Of a stretch of DNA of 64,000 bases, positions 10,900 to 22,248 are shown in pieces (position 1 is the stretch's first letter; every line of letters starts with the position of its first letter). The notes below the pieces were generated by a model. That model did not search any database and was not told the DNA's origin. It saw only the letters and a list, made by a program, of their open reading frames with translations. Source of the stretch: Diplonema japonicum (Eukaryota; Protista; Euglenozoa: Diplonemea). The stretch is from NCBI GenBank assembly GCA_964019335.1, contig OZ025666.1, positions 558,001 through 622,000 of the forward strand. The letters run 5' to 3'. Position numbers and translations under genes: made by a program.

Positions 10900-12503
10900 A
10901 AATATAAAAATTTGGGTCGATTTCAAAACCCCCCCCCCCCCAAAATGAGGCCAATTGACACTTTCGTTGCATCTTTGGGCATGCCGCCCCCTTTAAAAAA
11001 AATTCTCCATATTTCCCGGCCCATATTAGGAAAGAACTCAGGTCAGAAATCGCTCAAGGGTGCTATTTTGACCTATGAAAAATTCAGTCTTAGGGTAAAA
11101 ATCGGGTTTTAGTGGTTTTGGTAAAGTCAGAGAGTATGCTTTCAATAGCAAGAAATAGCGGAACTCACTGCTAGAAGGTGGCTGAAATGATGTTGGAAGT
11201 GGAAACCTTCATTTCCTAGTCTTCTGCGGCTGAGATGTGCAGCTGCTGAGTGGGCGACCTCGTTTCTTTTTCATACTATTAGGCCTTCTACCGCATTTTG
11301 GGGGGTTTTAAGAGGCTCATTCGTAGGTGTACTTGGTGCTTTGGGCTTGTCATGGGGTGGCGAGTATTTTTGTAATTTGGTTACTATTCTTTCTCGTTTT
11401 TCAAGTCCGGGAAGGCTATCAGGAACGTCCTCATACTCATCACAAGATTCATAGACTGGGGGCCTTTTCTCTGCCCTGTCTGCATCGAGTTCTTTGATGA
11501 TGTACTTTAGTTCTTTCTAGCTCGTGGACGCACACGTAGCAAGTACACCCTCCGGTGTGCTCCTGAGCTCCAATGCACCTGTAAAATCCGGAAACTCAAG
11601 AATTTTCTTTCGGGCCAAAGACATCAGTAACTACATGCACGGCGCACCGTATCGTATTGGTGATGTTAGCTATTTGTTCCACAGTTTTAATTGTTGTGGA
11701 ACGAGGCACCCAAAACCAAACACGAGAGCACACCAAAGTGGCTGTCCCTGTTGTTTTTGCCGTGTTTCTCCCCCAGAAACCACAGGGAAAACGTCCGATC
11801 GGGATATACAAAACGAAGACCAAAAAGAACAAAGTAGCAAAATTCCTTTGCACGAAAGTGACGCCCACCGTCAGTCCAGAGTATCCACTCCATTTTTTTC
11901 TTTATTTTTTTCTGTGCCCATGCTACTGTGGAACAAGACTTTTCCAACAGTAAGGCCAGCTGCCCTTATTTCATCATGTGTGATGTGGTCAAGCCTCATG
12001 CCTCTGACCAATTGGCGCCGTGTGGTGTCTTGTTGGCTACTAAACCAACCAGAAAATGATAGCAGAAGTGCCGCTAGAAGTTCCCCTTTACACACTACGC
12101 CACAAACTAGTGCAGCACAGTCGTTGCCACTGAGCTTCTCAAAAACCTCTGTGGCGAGTGTCCTGATCGCCGTGGTGTTCCCATTTACCCTTTCTCGGTC
12201 CGAATACCATTTTTTTTACCCCTAGCTTCTCAACAGCAAGTTTAAAAGCATCCATTTTTGTCACTCCCTCTTTTACTGAATTTGTGCAAAGTTTTAAAAA
12301 CCCATTTTTGCCCCTAGGACTGAATTTTCTGGGTACTAGTAACACTCACTTTCCCATTTTCTGGGGTGTTTTCTTTCCTAACCTGGGCCGGGAAAGTTGT
12401 AGAATTTTTTTTCTTTGGGAAAAAGTACTCAGAGAAATATTGAAAGTGTCAATTGGCCTCATTTTGGGGGGGGGGTTTTTGAAACGATGCCATATTTTAA
12501 ATT
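10900..12503 (-). mobile_element. Decayed TIR DNA transposon with fragmented transposase (Sola2-like motifs)
   Basis: Perfect 25-bp inverted repeat CAAAATGAGGCCAATTGACACTTTC (10941-10965 vs 12442-12466) inside ~130-bp imperfect TIRs. Minus-strand fragments WTDGGRHFRAKEF and FLGEKHGKNNRDSHFG are broken by frameshifts and stops. Confidence 0.75.
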
Positions 12504-12985
12504 TTTTGTTCAGAAAGCAAAAAGAAAAACAAAAAACCAACACAGGAAGGGGAGAGTGGGGCGAAAAGGGGGAAGGGAACAAAAAAGAAGTTTAAGAGAA
12601 AAAGAAAGAAAAGGTGAACGAAAAAGAAAGAAGAAAATAACACACATATAAGAGAAGAAAGAAAAAGAAATACAAAAAAAAGAAAAAAAAAGGGGGGGAG
12701 GAAAAATAAAAAGGAGGTTCCAAGTCTTATTCTTTCTTTTCTTTCTTCCACCCCCCTTTTTTTTTCCAATCTATTTCATCCACTTTCTTTTTGACTTCCC
12801 ACACCCAAACCTTCACAAGACCGTTTTGTGATGCCGTTCTGAGTTTTGATCCAATAATTAAAAAAAAAGAAAAGAAAAAAAAAGAAAACCCGTGTAAAAA
12901 AAGAAAAAGAAAAAAAAGAAAAGAAAACACCCCCCACAACGCAAAAAAAAAAAGAAAACTATAAACCTTTTAAACCCTTTACCCG

Positions 12986-15478
12986 ATGGGATGTGGCGCG
13001 AGCGGTAAGAGTGAGGACCCCCAAGCATCGAAAGACGGTGTCTCTTACCAAGTAGCTGAGCACAGTGACACGAAACGGAGTACGAAACTTGCAGGTAAAG
13101 ACCAGAGTAATGAGCAGGACAAGGCTGCTGTGAGTGGTGACAATGGAGGCTACGGCAACGATATGAACAGTAGTAGTCCAAGATCCAAGAACCCCGCCCC
13201 AACACCTGATGACGACCAAGGCGCCAGCCTTCCAGCAAGGGAGAAAAACGTACCCGCACCCCTTCTACGTGAGGTGGATATTGATGAAGAGCGCTTCCTT
13301 GTCTCTCATTACGCCCAGTCCCCTGGCCTCAAGGGTGCCACCTTTGCCATTCGAGACCCTGAAGGATGCATCTACTACAAGTCCTACACCGATGCGGAGT
13401 TCACGACGGTCAAGGAGAGCAAGGTCCCGCAGCTGACCTGGAATGCGTTCTGGCGTGCCCTTGCAGGGTCCTTCACAAAGGAGGACAGTCTGCGAATCGC
13501 AAACAGGGGCGAGGTCCTCGAGCTCACCCTGCGCTCCAGCAAAGAACCCAAACCTTACCAGCTTTCATTCACGATGATAAAAGCGGGAACGGTATGGGTT
13601 TTTTTTATTTTTTTTTTATTTCCTGGGAACAAAAAAACGAGAAATTTTTTTTAAAAAGGGAGCTGAGGAAACGCACCGCCACTTCATAATACCGTTCACA
13701 GCGCTTTACAAGAAGAGAAAGGAAAAGAAAGGTGTCCCGGAGAACGATGCCGGGAAGAGGGACAAAGGGGTCAAAGAGGTTTGAAAAATAAAATAAAGAA
13801 AACCCCAACTTTAGGAGGAAATCGAAAAGAAAGAAGCGGCACTCAACGTGCACGAGGCAGGGATCGAGTGGGCGGAAAGCGTTCAGGTGCCTTACGAGGA
13901 GAAGCTGCAGCAGCTGCAAAAGGACATGGTAGACCAGCAGGTCATCAACACTGACGTACAGAAGAAGATAGACAGACTGACAAAAAACATCAGAACCTAC
14001 AAAGACGAGGAAGGAATGCACCCCCTCGACGGTCTCTACTCAATAGGAGGGGCACGGCCCTTCCAGCATTCTGAATGGAGTGTGCACCACGCACCTAAAG
14101 AAGGTCAATATGAGCCGGCATACTTGCGGCTAATAGGGGACGGACGTATAGCCGAGGCTACCCCTGACAACGTGTCGTGCCTCACGCAAAGGCCTACCGA
14201 CCCCGAGGTGGCAGATCTTGTGGACTCCCTCCCCGACGACAAGGTCTGGCAGCTCATCGAGTGCTTTGAAAAGATAGATAAGTGGGACTACGATGCATTC
14301 CATGTGAATACTATCTCAGATGGAAACTGCTTGTTCTACACCTCTTACGCCCTGTTCGTCAAGTATGTGGATTTCCAGAAAAGAAAAAAAAGAACTTTTT
14401 TTTTCTTCTAGGTACAACTTCATCCAGCATTTCGGCATCCCTAAGGACGTCGTTACTAATTTCTTTTCGGCTGTACAAGCCGGGTATGTGAGATTGGAAG
14501 GAAGGAAAAAAAACAAAAAAAAAAAAAAAAACAGCTATCTCCCTAATGCCTACCATAATGCGACCCATGCAGCTGATGTGATGCAGATCACACACTATGT
14601 GTTGGGTCCTGGCGGGATGAGAAATGTATGGAAAAAGAAGGAGGGAAAAAAAAAAAAAAACTTCCCCACACACAAACACACACAGCTATGCAAGCTCAGC
14701 ATGGAGGACATGATGGCTGCCATAATTTCGTCAGCGATACACGACTACAACCACCCGGGGCTCAATAACAATTTCCATACTAGGGTCTCTGCTTATTTGA
14801 GGTATGAAGGAAAAGAAGAAAGAAAAAAAAAAAAGAAAAAATACACAGTACCCTCTACAACGATCGTTCGGTGCTGGAGAACCATCATTGTGCATGTGCA
14901 TTCGAGCTGCTGAACCACCCCAAGTACGACATCCTTCAAACGCTGAATGATGATCAGAGGAAGGTATTTGGAGGCAGAAAGAAAAAAAAAAAAAAAAAAA
15001 AACAGGAAATTCGAGACACAATAGTGGAAATGCTGCTCTCTACCGATATGGGGAATCATGCTAAGATTTTCTCAGCGTTCAGAAGGAGGCTTGCGGAAGC
15101 ACCTGATTGGTATATTTAAAAAAAAAAAAAAAAAAAAAAAAAATCAGGAGCAAAAAGAAAGAAGATGTCCGCTTAGCTCTCGTTATGGCTATTAAGCTCG
15201 CGGATATTTCGAACTGCGGAAGGCCAAAAGAAATATATCTAAAGTGGGCGGAGAGGATCGCCGAGGAGTTCTATGCACAAGGGGACGCAGAGGCTAACAT
15301 GTGTTACTCGATATCCCCATTCATGGACAGGCGGAAGCATGACTCGGATTTCCATAAAGGACAAACATCATTTATGAGCTACATAGTGGCCCCTCTTTTC
15401 GAGTCTGTTGGTGAAGTGTTCCCCAGAATGAAATTTGCGTTGGAGATGTGTAAAACAAATCGAGAGTACTGGAACTGA
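12986..15478 (+). CDS. Class I 3',5'-cyclic nucleotide phosphodiesterase with N-acylation motif, 8 introns
   Basis: MGCGAS start and YHNATHAADV, IHDYNHPG, LENHH, TDM, KLADISN, EEFYAQGD motifs. Introns 13592-13658, 13779-13814, 14363-14411, 14484-14534, 14626-14685, 14802-14848, 14964-15005 and 15110-15147 restore one frame. Confidence 0.92.
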
Positions 15479-15770
15479 TGAAAAGGGGGGAGGAAGAAAA
15501 AAAAAAAAAAAACCTACTATTTTCTATTTACTATCTCGAGGGTATTGGGGTTTTATTATTTCACTCTGGGGGGGGGACAAAAAAAAGTAAGAAAAAAATG
15601 GAAATTACTGTAAAGTGAGGGGGGGAAAAAAAAGAATGTCTCCAGTGGCCTTTAAGAGCTCGCTGGACAGAAAAAAAGGGTCTGGACTGACAAATTTCTC
15701 GACGCTTCAAGAAATCGGGTATTTGGTCACTCTGGCGCTTTTCTTTCCTTTTTTTCTCATTTTACAGTAC

Positions 15771-15817
<47 letters not shown>

Positions 15818-17557
15818 CCGCCTTGGTTTAACAGTATTCTAAAAGGGGTACCCCCCATGATTTTTCTTCGACCTTACCGGTCGCAGATTTTTGCGTGAGG
15901 TAGTTTCAAAGGAGTGAACTAAAAGAAAAGAAGGAAACCTTATGGTATGCCTACCGGCACCGCCAGCGAAAGTGGAGGAGAAAGAAGGGGGGGGGGTTTT
16001 TTTATTTGTAGAAAAGAGAGTTTATCTTTTGAAAGAAAAAGAAACGAAGGAAAAAAAAAAAAAAAAAAAAGAAAAAGACTTTTTTGAGGGAAACATATGA
16101 AGAAAGAAAAAAAAAAGGAAACGAAATAGAAAACGACTCCCTACACCCCTCCCCCCTCTCAACTGCAAACAAATAAAAAAAGAAAAAAAAAAGAAAAAAG
16201 AAAAAGAAACCAAGAGAAGGAAAACCTTTTTTTATTAAGATTTTTTTTCAGGCGTCCTGCCACATACCGCAGGTACCCTTAAATGTCTCTTTTTTTTTTT
16301 TCTATTTCCTTTCTCAAATCAATCCCTTTTTTTTTGCCCCCCCCTCCATTTCCCATATTTTTTGTGTTCTTTAGTATTTTTTTTTTGATTTTTTTCCCCC
16401 TCCCCCCCTTTCCGACAGCAGGTGAATAGTGAATGTGCTGGTGGAAGGGAGCAAATAAAAAAAAAAAGAAAAAGAATGGGGGGGAAGAAAGTAAAGCAGC
16501 TTTTATTTTTGCGATCCGGACGCTGCTGGTTCTCTTCAAAACACGCTCCCTCCACCACCTCTGCACTTCCTTCGTCACTTCCTTAGTCACTTCTGCCCTG
16601 TATGCCTCATCACCCCCACCTATTTGTTTGTTAGCCCACACTTATCCCTTCCCCGCGAGCCGGCCGAGAAGAAAACAGGATTTTTCTTTTATTTGGCACC
16701 AAAAAAGATGAACAAAAAAAAAATGAAATGATGGCATACAGGGCGAAGAGGACCGCAGGCCGGAAAGACAGTTAGATTTTACAATCTTAAAAGCGAAAGC
16801 GGGAGGGAAGACAAGAGGGAAGAAGAAGAAGGAAGAAGAAAAAAAAAAAAAAAAAAAAAGAGAAGCGATTTTTTTACAACCAAGATTTTTATATATCGTG
16901 ATTATTTTGTCTTTTTTTTTTGACGTTGGTCTTTTTTTTTCTTCTTCTTTTTTTTTTGTTTCGCCTTTCATGAAACTATTAAGAGAGGGGGGTTGTAGGT
17001 CTTTTTTTTTCTCCCTTTTTTTTTACTTTTTTCTTTTGTCATATATTTACTGGACATGATGGGGTGTCGGGAACAGGGGGGGAAGAAAAAGAAAAGGAGT
17101 GAATAGTACCAACGCCAAGAAAAAGAAAGGGACCCAAAGCTCTACCTTCCGTTCTGTGTTTCTTGTCACGAGCTTTCTTCATCCACCACAAAAAGGAAAG
17201 AAAAAGAAGCCGGGGGGTGATGGGAAGAACAACGAGAAGAGAAAAGAAGAAAACAAAAAAAAAGACAAAAGAAAACACCCTTTTTCTTCTCCCTCCCCCA
17301 CCCTGAAAAAGAAAAAAAAACTAGGTTCACACCCTTTCTTCCACCCCCCCTTTTTTTCTTGAAAAAAATAAAAAAGAAATGGCTTTTTTTATTTTTCAAT
17401 CCTCCCCCCCCCCCCCCATTCCTTTCTTTTTTTTTCTTTTCTCTCCCTACTTCTTGTCAGATTGTTGGTGTGCCCATGCTAATTCCTTTTTTGTTTCTTC
17501 CCTTTTTTAAAAAAGAAAAAGCTCAAATCTCAAGGTAAAAAAGAAAAAGAAAAAGAA

Positions 17558-18049
17558 ATGACAAAGCGAAAGGAGGTCGACTGGGGGAAAGAATGGAAAA
17601 CAGGTGCACAAGATACCCATCAAGATGTCTACACGGTAAACCCTTTGAAGGTGACACAACGTGAGTTAGACCCCAGCGACAGGAGGAGACAGAATGCCTT
17701 TGAAGACAGCAACGACGCCATTGCTAATTACGAGATAGGCTTGCTAAAGGAACGAGAAAGACGGAGGCAGGCCTGCAAACACGCACTAGAATGCCTGATA
17801 ACCCAAACAGGCTGGGAGCCTGTCTACAGAAATCCCCGAAGCTTCTGCCAGGCCTCCTGTGAGATTCTTCAAGAGTTGCAGCTACAAGGATTCCCAGTTA
17901 CGAAAAGAAGGACGGCATGGGGCGCACTAGCAGTTTTCCGAGCGACAGAAGAGAACTATGGGCGGCACGAACATTCTGGGCCGGCACAGCTCATGCAGAG
18001 GATGGAGCCCGATAGGTTTGAAGACTATGCAAAAAGATACAAACGTTGA
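17558..18049 (+). CDS. Hypothetical protein, 163 aa
   Basis: ATG-TGA ORF of normal complexity between low-complexity spacers. No recognised motif. Confidence 0.6.
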   Translation: MTKRKEVDWGKEWKTGAQDTHQDVYTVNPLKVTQRELDPSDRRRQNAFEDSNDAIANYEIGLLKERERRRQACKHALECLITQTGWEPVYRNPRSFCQASCEILQELQLQGFPVTKRRTAWGALAVFRATEENYGRHEHSGPAQLMQRMEPDRFEDYAKRYKR

Positions 18050-18145
18050 TATGTTTTCAAGTTTTATCGAGTAAATTGACGTGGGGGGGGAAACAAAAAG
18101 AAAAAAAAAGAAAAGGATGGGAAGGTCGAAGGAAAAGAACGAAAG

Positions 18146-19487
18146 ATGAGACGAACCGCAGCATCCCCCCGGTGGTGCACGATGTTTGCGATTTTTGTTT
18201 GGATGTGGTGCAGCATCGCGTGGGTGGGGTCGACAAAAAGAAAGCGGAATTCAGAGCATAGAACAGAATCGACAGAAATACTCGCCCCCCTGCCAGAGCG
18301 GGCACACGACGCAAGATACATCACCTTCGAGCCGTGGAACGGCGGGTGGAACAACAGGCGGATGTCGCTGGAAAATGCGTTTGTCATCGCACTTCTGCAG
18401 AACCGCACGCTTGTCCTCCCACCAGGTTCCCGCACTGTCACCCCTTACGAGCAGGACTACGATATTGCAAAGATGAAACAGCATGTACCCGTGCTTTCAT
18501 GGAAGGAGTTCCTCCACCTCCGTCCGCTCCTCCGCAAAGCAGACCACTCCGAGGACCCGAAACCATGCTCTGAACACAAATACCGACTCCCCGTGTTCTA
18601 TTGCAATGAGATGAAATACGCTAGAATGCTCGCAGAAATGAAAACTATCAACTTCCTGAAGAGTATCGTGAAGGTCACGTCGTCTGATGATGCGGACTTC
18701 GATGCGTACCGCAGGGGGAGGGTGGAGGTGGTGCTGCCGGACAGCTACTGGGTGCACTACCCTCAGAACCTGTTTGGGCATTTTTACCACACGTTTTACT
18801 TTGCAAGCAAAGCCGCCCGCATCCGTGTCTGGAAGGCTGTTCGGGACAGCATAGCCATCCGAAGCGAGATGGTGGCCGCTGCAGAACTTATCGCCAACGA
18901 AATGGGACCCTACCATGCCGTGCACTACCGGAGGGGGGATTTCAAGAAGCAGTTCCCCACGTCTATTGTGGCGCCTGCTGACCTCGCGAAGAACTTGGCA
19001 TCCAGCACATCTGTAGCTTCTCAGAAGCTGCCGCTGTACGTCGCTACTGACGAGAAGGACGAGAACGTCAAACGGGAGTTGATCAGCAGCCTGCCCTTCT
19101 CCAAGACACACACCTTGTCCGATTTCAGCAAGCACCTCACAGACATCCCTGACTCCTCCTACGGTGTTGTCGAGACCCTTGTCTGCTCCCGTGCCAAGAG
19201 GTTCACAGGCACCAGACTCTCGACCTTCTCCGCGTATATAACCCGCCTGAGGGGCTACCTGCACAGCAGTATACAGCACATCAACCCCAATCTGTACTAC
19301 ACCGATACGGTCTACACTTCCGAGGATGAGGTCATGGTTACAAAGAAGCCGTACTCGTGGTGCGGGGACACCCTCGAGCGCTATGCTGATCTGCGAGGGA
19401 TCCGATGGACATGGGTATGCGTTGTTGTGAACTACAAACCGACCACAGGGACAGGAGTACGAGGAGGCATGGTGCCTCGACGGGTAG
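18146..19487 (+). CDS. GDP-fucose protein O-fucosyltransferase-family type II membrane protein
   Basis: N-terminal TM, GGWNNRR, HYRRGDF, LYVATDE and FTGTRLSTFS motifs. Intron 19415-19448 gives C-terminus WGQEYEEAWCLDG. Confidence 0.88.
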
Positions 19488-19557
19488 ATTTTCCAGACTT
19501 TTTACGCAAAATATTTCGAGCCCATCGTCCTCGTTATTCTTATCTTCCAACAGTAAT

Positions 19558-20403
19558 ATGGGTTGCACTGAGTCCAAGCCGAAGGAGAGCCAACCGCAGA
19601 AGGCGACACGGTCAGGGTCGGTGAAGGCAGAACCGAAGTACAATGCCGCGATTGCAAGCTTGTCGGAGAAGGGGTTGAGTGCCACCACAGCAACGCTGAA
19701 CCAGGCTTGCAAAAAGGACGAAGTGGACACGGTGACTCTGTGTCTGCAGGCAGGCGTGGACCCAAACGAGCATGAAAGCGATGACGTGCTGCAGAAGTGT
19801 CCCCTGCATTATGCCGCGGAGTTCGGGAGGGAGAGGGTACTGGAGGTGCTTCTTCGCAACAAGGCGAGCCCTGCAAAGAGGAATGCAATCAGCGAGACGG
19901 CAATGCACCTCGCAGCCTCAGGTGCTCACGCTGGATGCATCGAAATCCTCGCAAAGGCGAAAAGAGAGCTGGTAGATTCCGTAGATGGACAGGGGCAGAC
20001 ACCCTTGTTCATGACTGTGTACAGTGCAGAAGAAAGGGGCGGGGGTGCCATGGATACCCTCGTTCGTTTGGGTGCTGACGTTAATGCCAGAAACAAGCAC
20101 AGGGAGACCCCATTGCACGCTGCTGTGAAGAAGAACAACAGGTCTACCGCCACACATGTTCTTATCAAGCATGGTGCGTTGGTTAATGCGCAAGACCAGC
20201 ACGGCAGCACACCCCTTCATCGTGCTGCGCAGGAGGAGGCGAACAACCCCCTCTCCATCCTCCTCGAATCAGGTGCCGACTCGACCATCAAGGACAAATC
20301 CGGCAACACCCCTCTCGACATAGCGAAACGATGGCAATATGCCAGTACCGTGGCCTTAATCGAGCAAAAGACAGGCTTCCATAGAGGGGCAGATGTTGCT
20401 TGA
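19558..20403 (+). CDS. Ankyrin-repeat protein with MGC acylation motif
   Basis: MGCTES start and repeats PLHYAA, TAMHLAA, TPLHAAV, TPLHRAA, TPLDIA. Confidence 0.9.
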   Translation: MGCTESKPKESQPQKATRSGSVKAEPKYNAAIASLSEKGLSATTATLNQACKKDEVDTVTLCLQAGVDPNEHESDDVLQKCPLHYAAEFGRERVLEVLLRNKASPAKRNAISETAMHLAASGAHAGCIEILAKAKRELVDSVDGQGQTPLFMTVYSAEERGGGAMDTLVRLGADVNARNKHRETPLHAAVKKNNRSTATHVLIKHGALVNAQDQHGSTPLHRAAQEEANNPLSILLESGADSTIKDKSGNTPLDIAKRWQYASTVALIEQKTGFHRGADVA

Positions 20404-21182
20404 AAAGAAAAACCTCCCTTATTTTTTTTTCCTCCTCCCCCACGTTTTATTATTTATTATTCTCGCGCTCACGCACCTTTTTATGGAAGGGTAGCACCCA
20501 GCCTTTAGTCTGGCTGAGGTACTTTGGCTTATGGGTCGCCACTTTTTTTTTTTCTTCTTTTTTTTTTGACACAGAACAAAAAATAAAAATAAAAATAAAA
20601 TAAAATAAAAAGAAGTTGGAAGAAGAATATAAAAGAAAGAAATAAAGTATGCAATCCCCCCCCCCCCCCCCCCTCTCTCTCTCTGATATCTCCGCAGTTT
20701 GTTGCTTGCGTGCAATATCTTCTTCTTTGTTTCTCCTGTTTTTGCACCCTCTTCACCACCGCTCCCTTCCTTCTTGTTGCGCATTGGCATGGGCCTTTGT
20801 GAAACCCGAAGGGAAACCATTTTTTTTTCTCCACACCCTTTTGTCATGTCACTCACGTTATGAGAAGTCGCTTTAAAGAAATATGACGTTCTTTCGTAAT
20901 TTTTAAGGCAGAAGTTTAAAAAGAAAAAAGAAAAACAATTATTTGATTCCCCCCTGAAATAGGAACCGATCTCCGAAATGCCTTTTTGGTGGCCCTATTG
21001 TGTTGCAAATGAAGAGCAACCGGCCCCATGTACAGTGAGTGACTCAACTGACGAAAAGGAGTAAGAAAAAGAAGAGAAAAAAAAAAAGAAAAAGGAATTG
21101 CTATTCTATTTGCCTCCTTTATTTTTTTTATAGTAATTCTTCATAACAGGGTTGGTGGATACACAACAGTTTTTGAGGTCGG

Positions 21183-22046
21183 ATGGATGATAGGAAGGCA
21201 GAGATGGCGAGGATGATCATCAGCAGCAGGTCATGGACAATGCAAGATAAAAGGTGCATGTTGCTGCAGATGATGGACAATGAAACAAAAACAGGAGAGG
21301 AAGAAGAAGAGTACCCATGCCCGTCTTGCGGTAAACCACAGCCTCTAACTTCATGGGGAGGCCATGTGGACATGTGCGGGAGGTCTTTAGAAGATGTAAG
21401 AGATCCTTCGCAGACAGAGCTCGCCTTCAGGAAGGCGCGTATAAGTGAGCTACTTCACATAGCCAATTTGATGGATGTGAAGGAGGTCGGCCAGTTTGGG
21501 ATGACGTCTCTCCACTTTGCAGCGCAGAGGTTTGCCCCCGCCGACCTGTTCGGCGGGACAGCACAGGCATCATCACTGCTGAGCAACCCTTCTGAATACT
21601 GCACAGGACCGTTACCTTGGGATGTGATGTGTTTAGTTGCAAGCTTCAATCCTGACAAATTCCGCTTGTCATGCAAAGGACTCCGCAGGCAGATTATACA
21701 CAACGAGGCTGTAAAGATCACGGAGGTGCTCTTATCCAGGCAGGCTAAGGTAGATGCCTATGATGACCGTGGGTGGACTGCTCTTCACTATGCGGCCTTC
21801 TCAGGGAACCATCTATTGTGCGATTTGCTTCTCAAGAACGGTGCTGATGTAAACGCTTTGTGCAAGGGCGGCACCCCCCTCCACCTCGCCGCCATTACCT
21901 CCTCCACAGAGGCTGCCGCCGTGCTGCTCGCCCACAAGGCCGACCCTACTATCCTCTCGCACCTCTGGGAGTCGCCTTTATCCCTCGCCCGCTCCCTTCC
22001 CCATCCGCACCACGACTTACTCACCCTTATCGAATCTTACCTTTGA
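21183..22046 (+). CDS. Ankyrin-repeat protein with UBZ-like zinc finger and F-box-like insert
   Basis: CPSC-x11-HVDMC, then TSLHFAA, TALHYAA, TPLHLAA. LPWDVMCLVASF resembles an F-box start. Confidence 0.8.
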   Translation: MDDRKAEMARMIISSRSWTMQDKRCMLLQMMDNETKTGEEEEEYPCPSCGKPQPLTSWGGHVDMCGRSLEDVRDPSQTELAFRKARISELLHIANLMDVKEVGQFGMTSLHFAAQRFAPADLFGGTAQASSLLSNPSEYCTGPLPWDVMCLVASFNPDKFRLSCKGLRRQIIHNEAVKITEVLLSRQAKVDAYDDRGWTALHYAAFSGNHLLCDLLLKNGADVNALCKGGTPLHLAAITSSTEAAAVLLAHKADPTILSHLWESPLSLARSLPHPHHDLLTLIESYL

Positions 22047-22248
22047 GACATTTGAGATATTTAATTACCGATCTACCTTCCCTTTTACCTATCTTATTTA
22101 CGACATTTTGAAATAGTACCCTTCAGCATCTCCTTTTCTGTCCTTACGTCTTGGTCGAACCTGTTATTGGCACAAGCCAGTTGTCCTTGTTTTACAGTTT
22201 TGCAGTACAGGTGCAATATAAAAGAATACGAAGAAGAAATTATTAAAC

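Noticed and set aside
11524-12225. 233-aa + ORF
   Set aside because: Antisense to the transposase remnants, with no motifs.
15480-17550. Many Phe/Lys-rich short ORFs (also 56000-58500)
   Set aside because: Translations of poly(A)/poly(T) spacer sequence.
19405-19624. Apparent overlap of the O-FucT and ankyrin ORFs
   Set aside because: Disappears once intron 19415-19448 and ATG 19558 are used.
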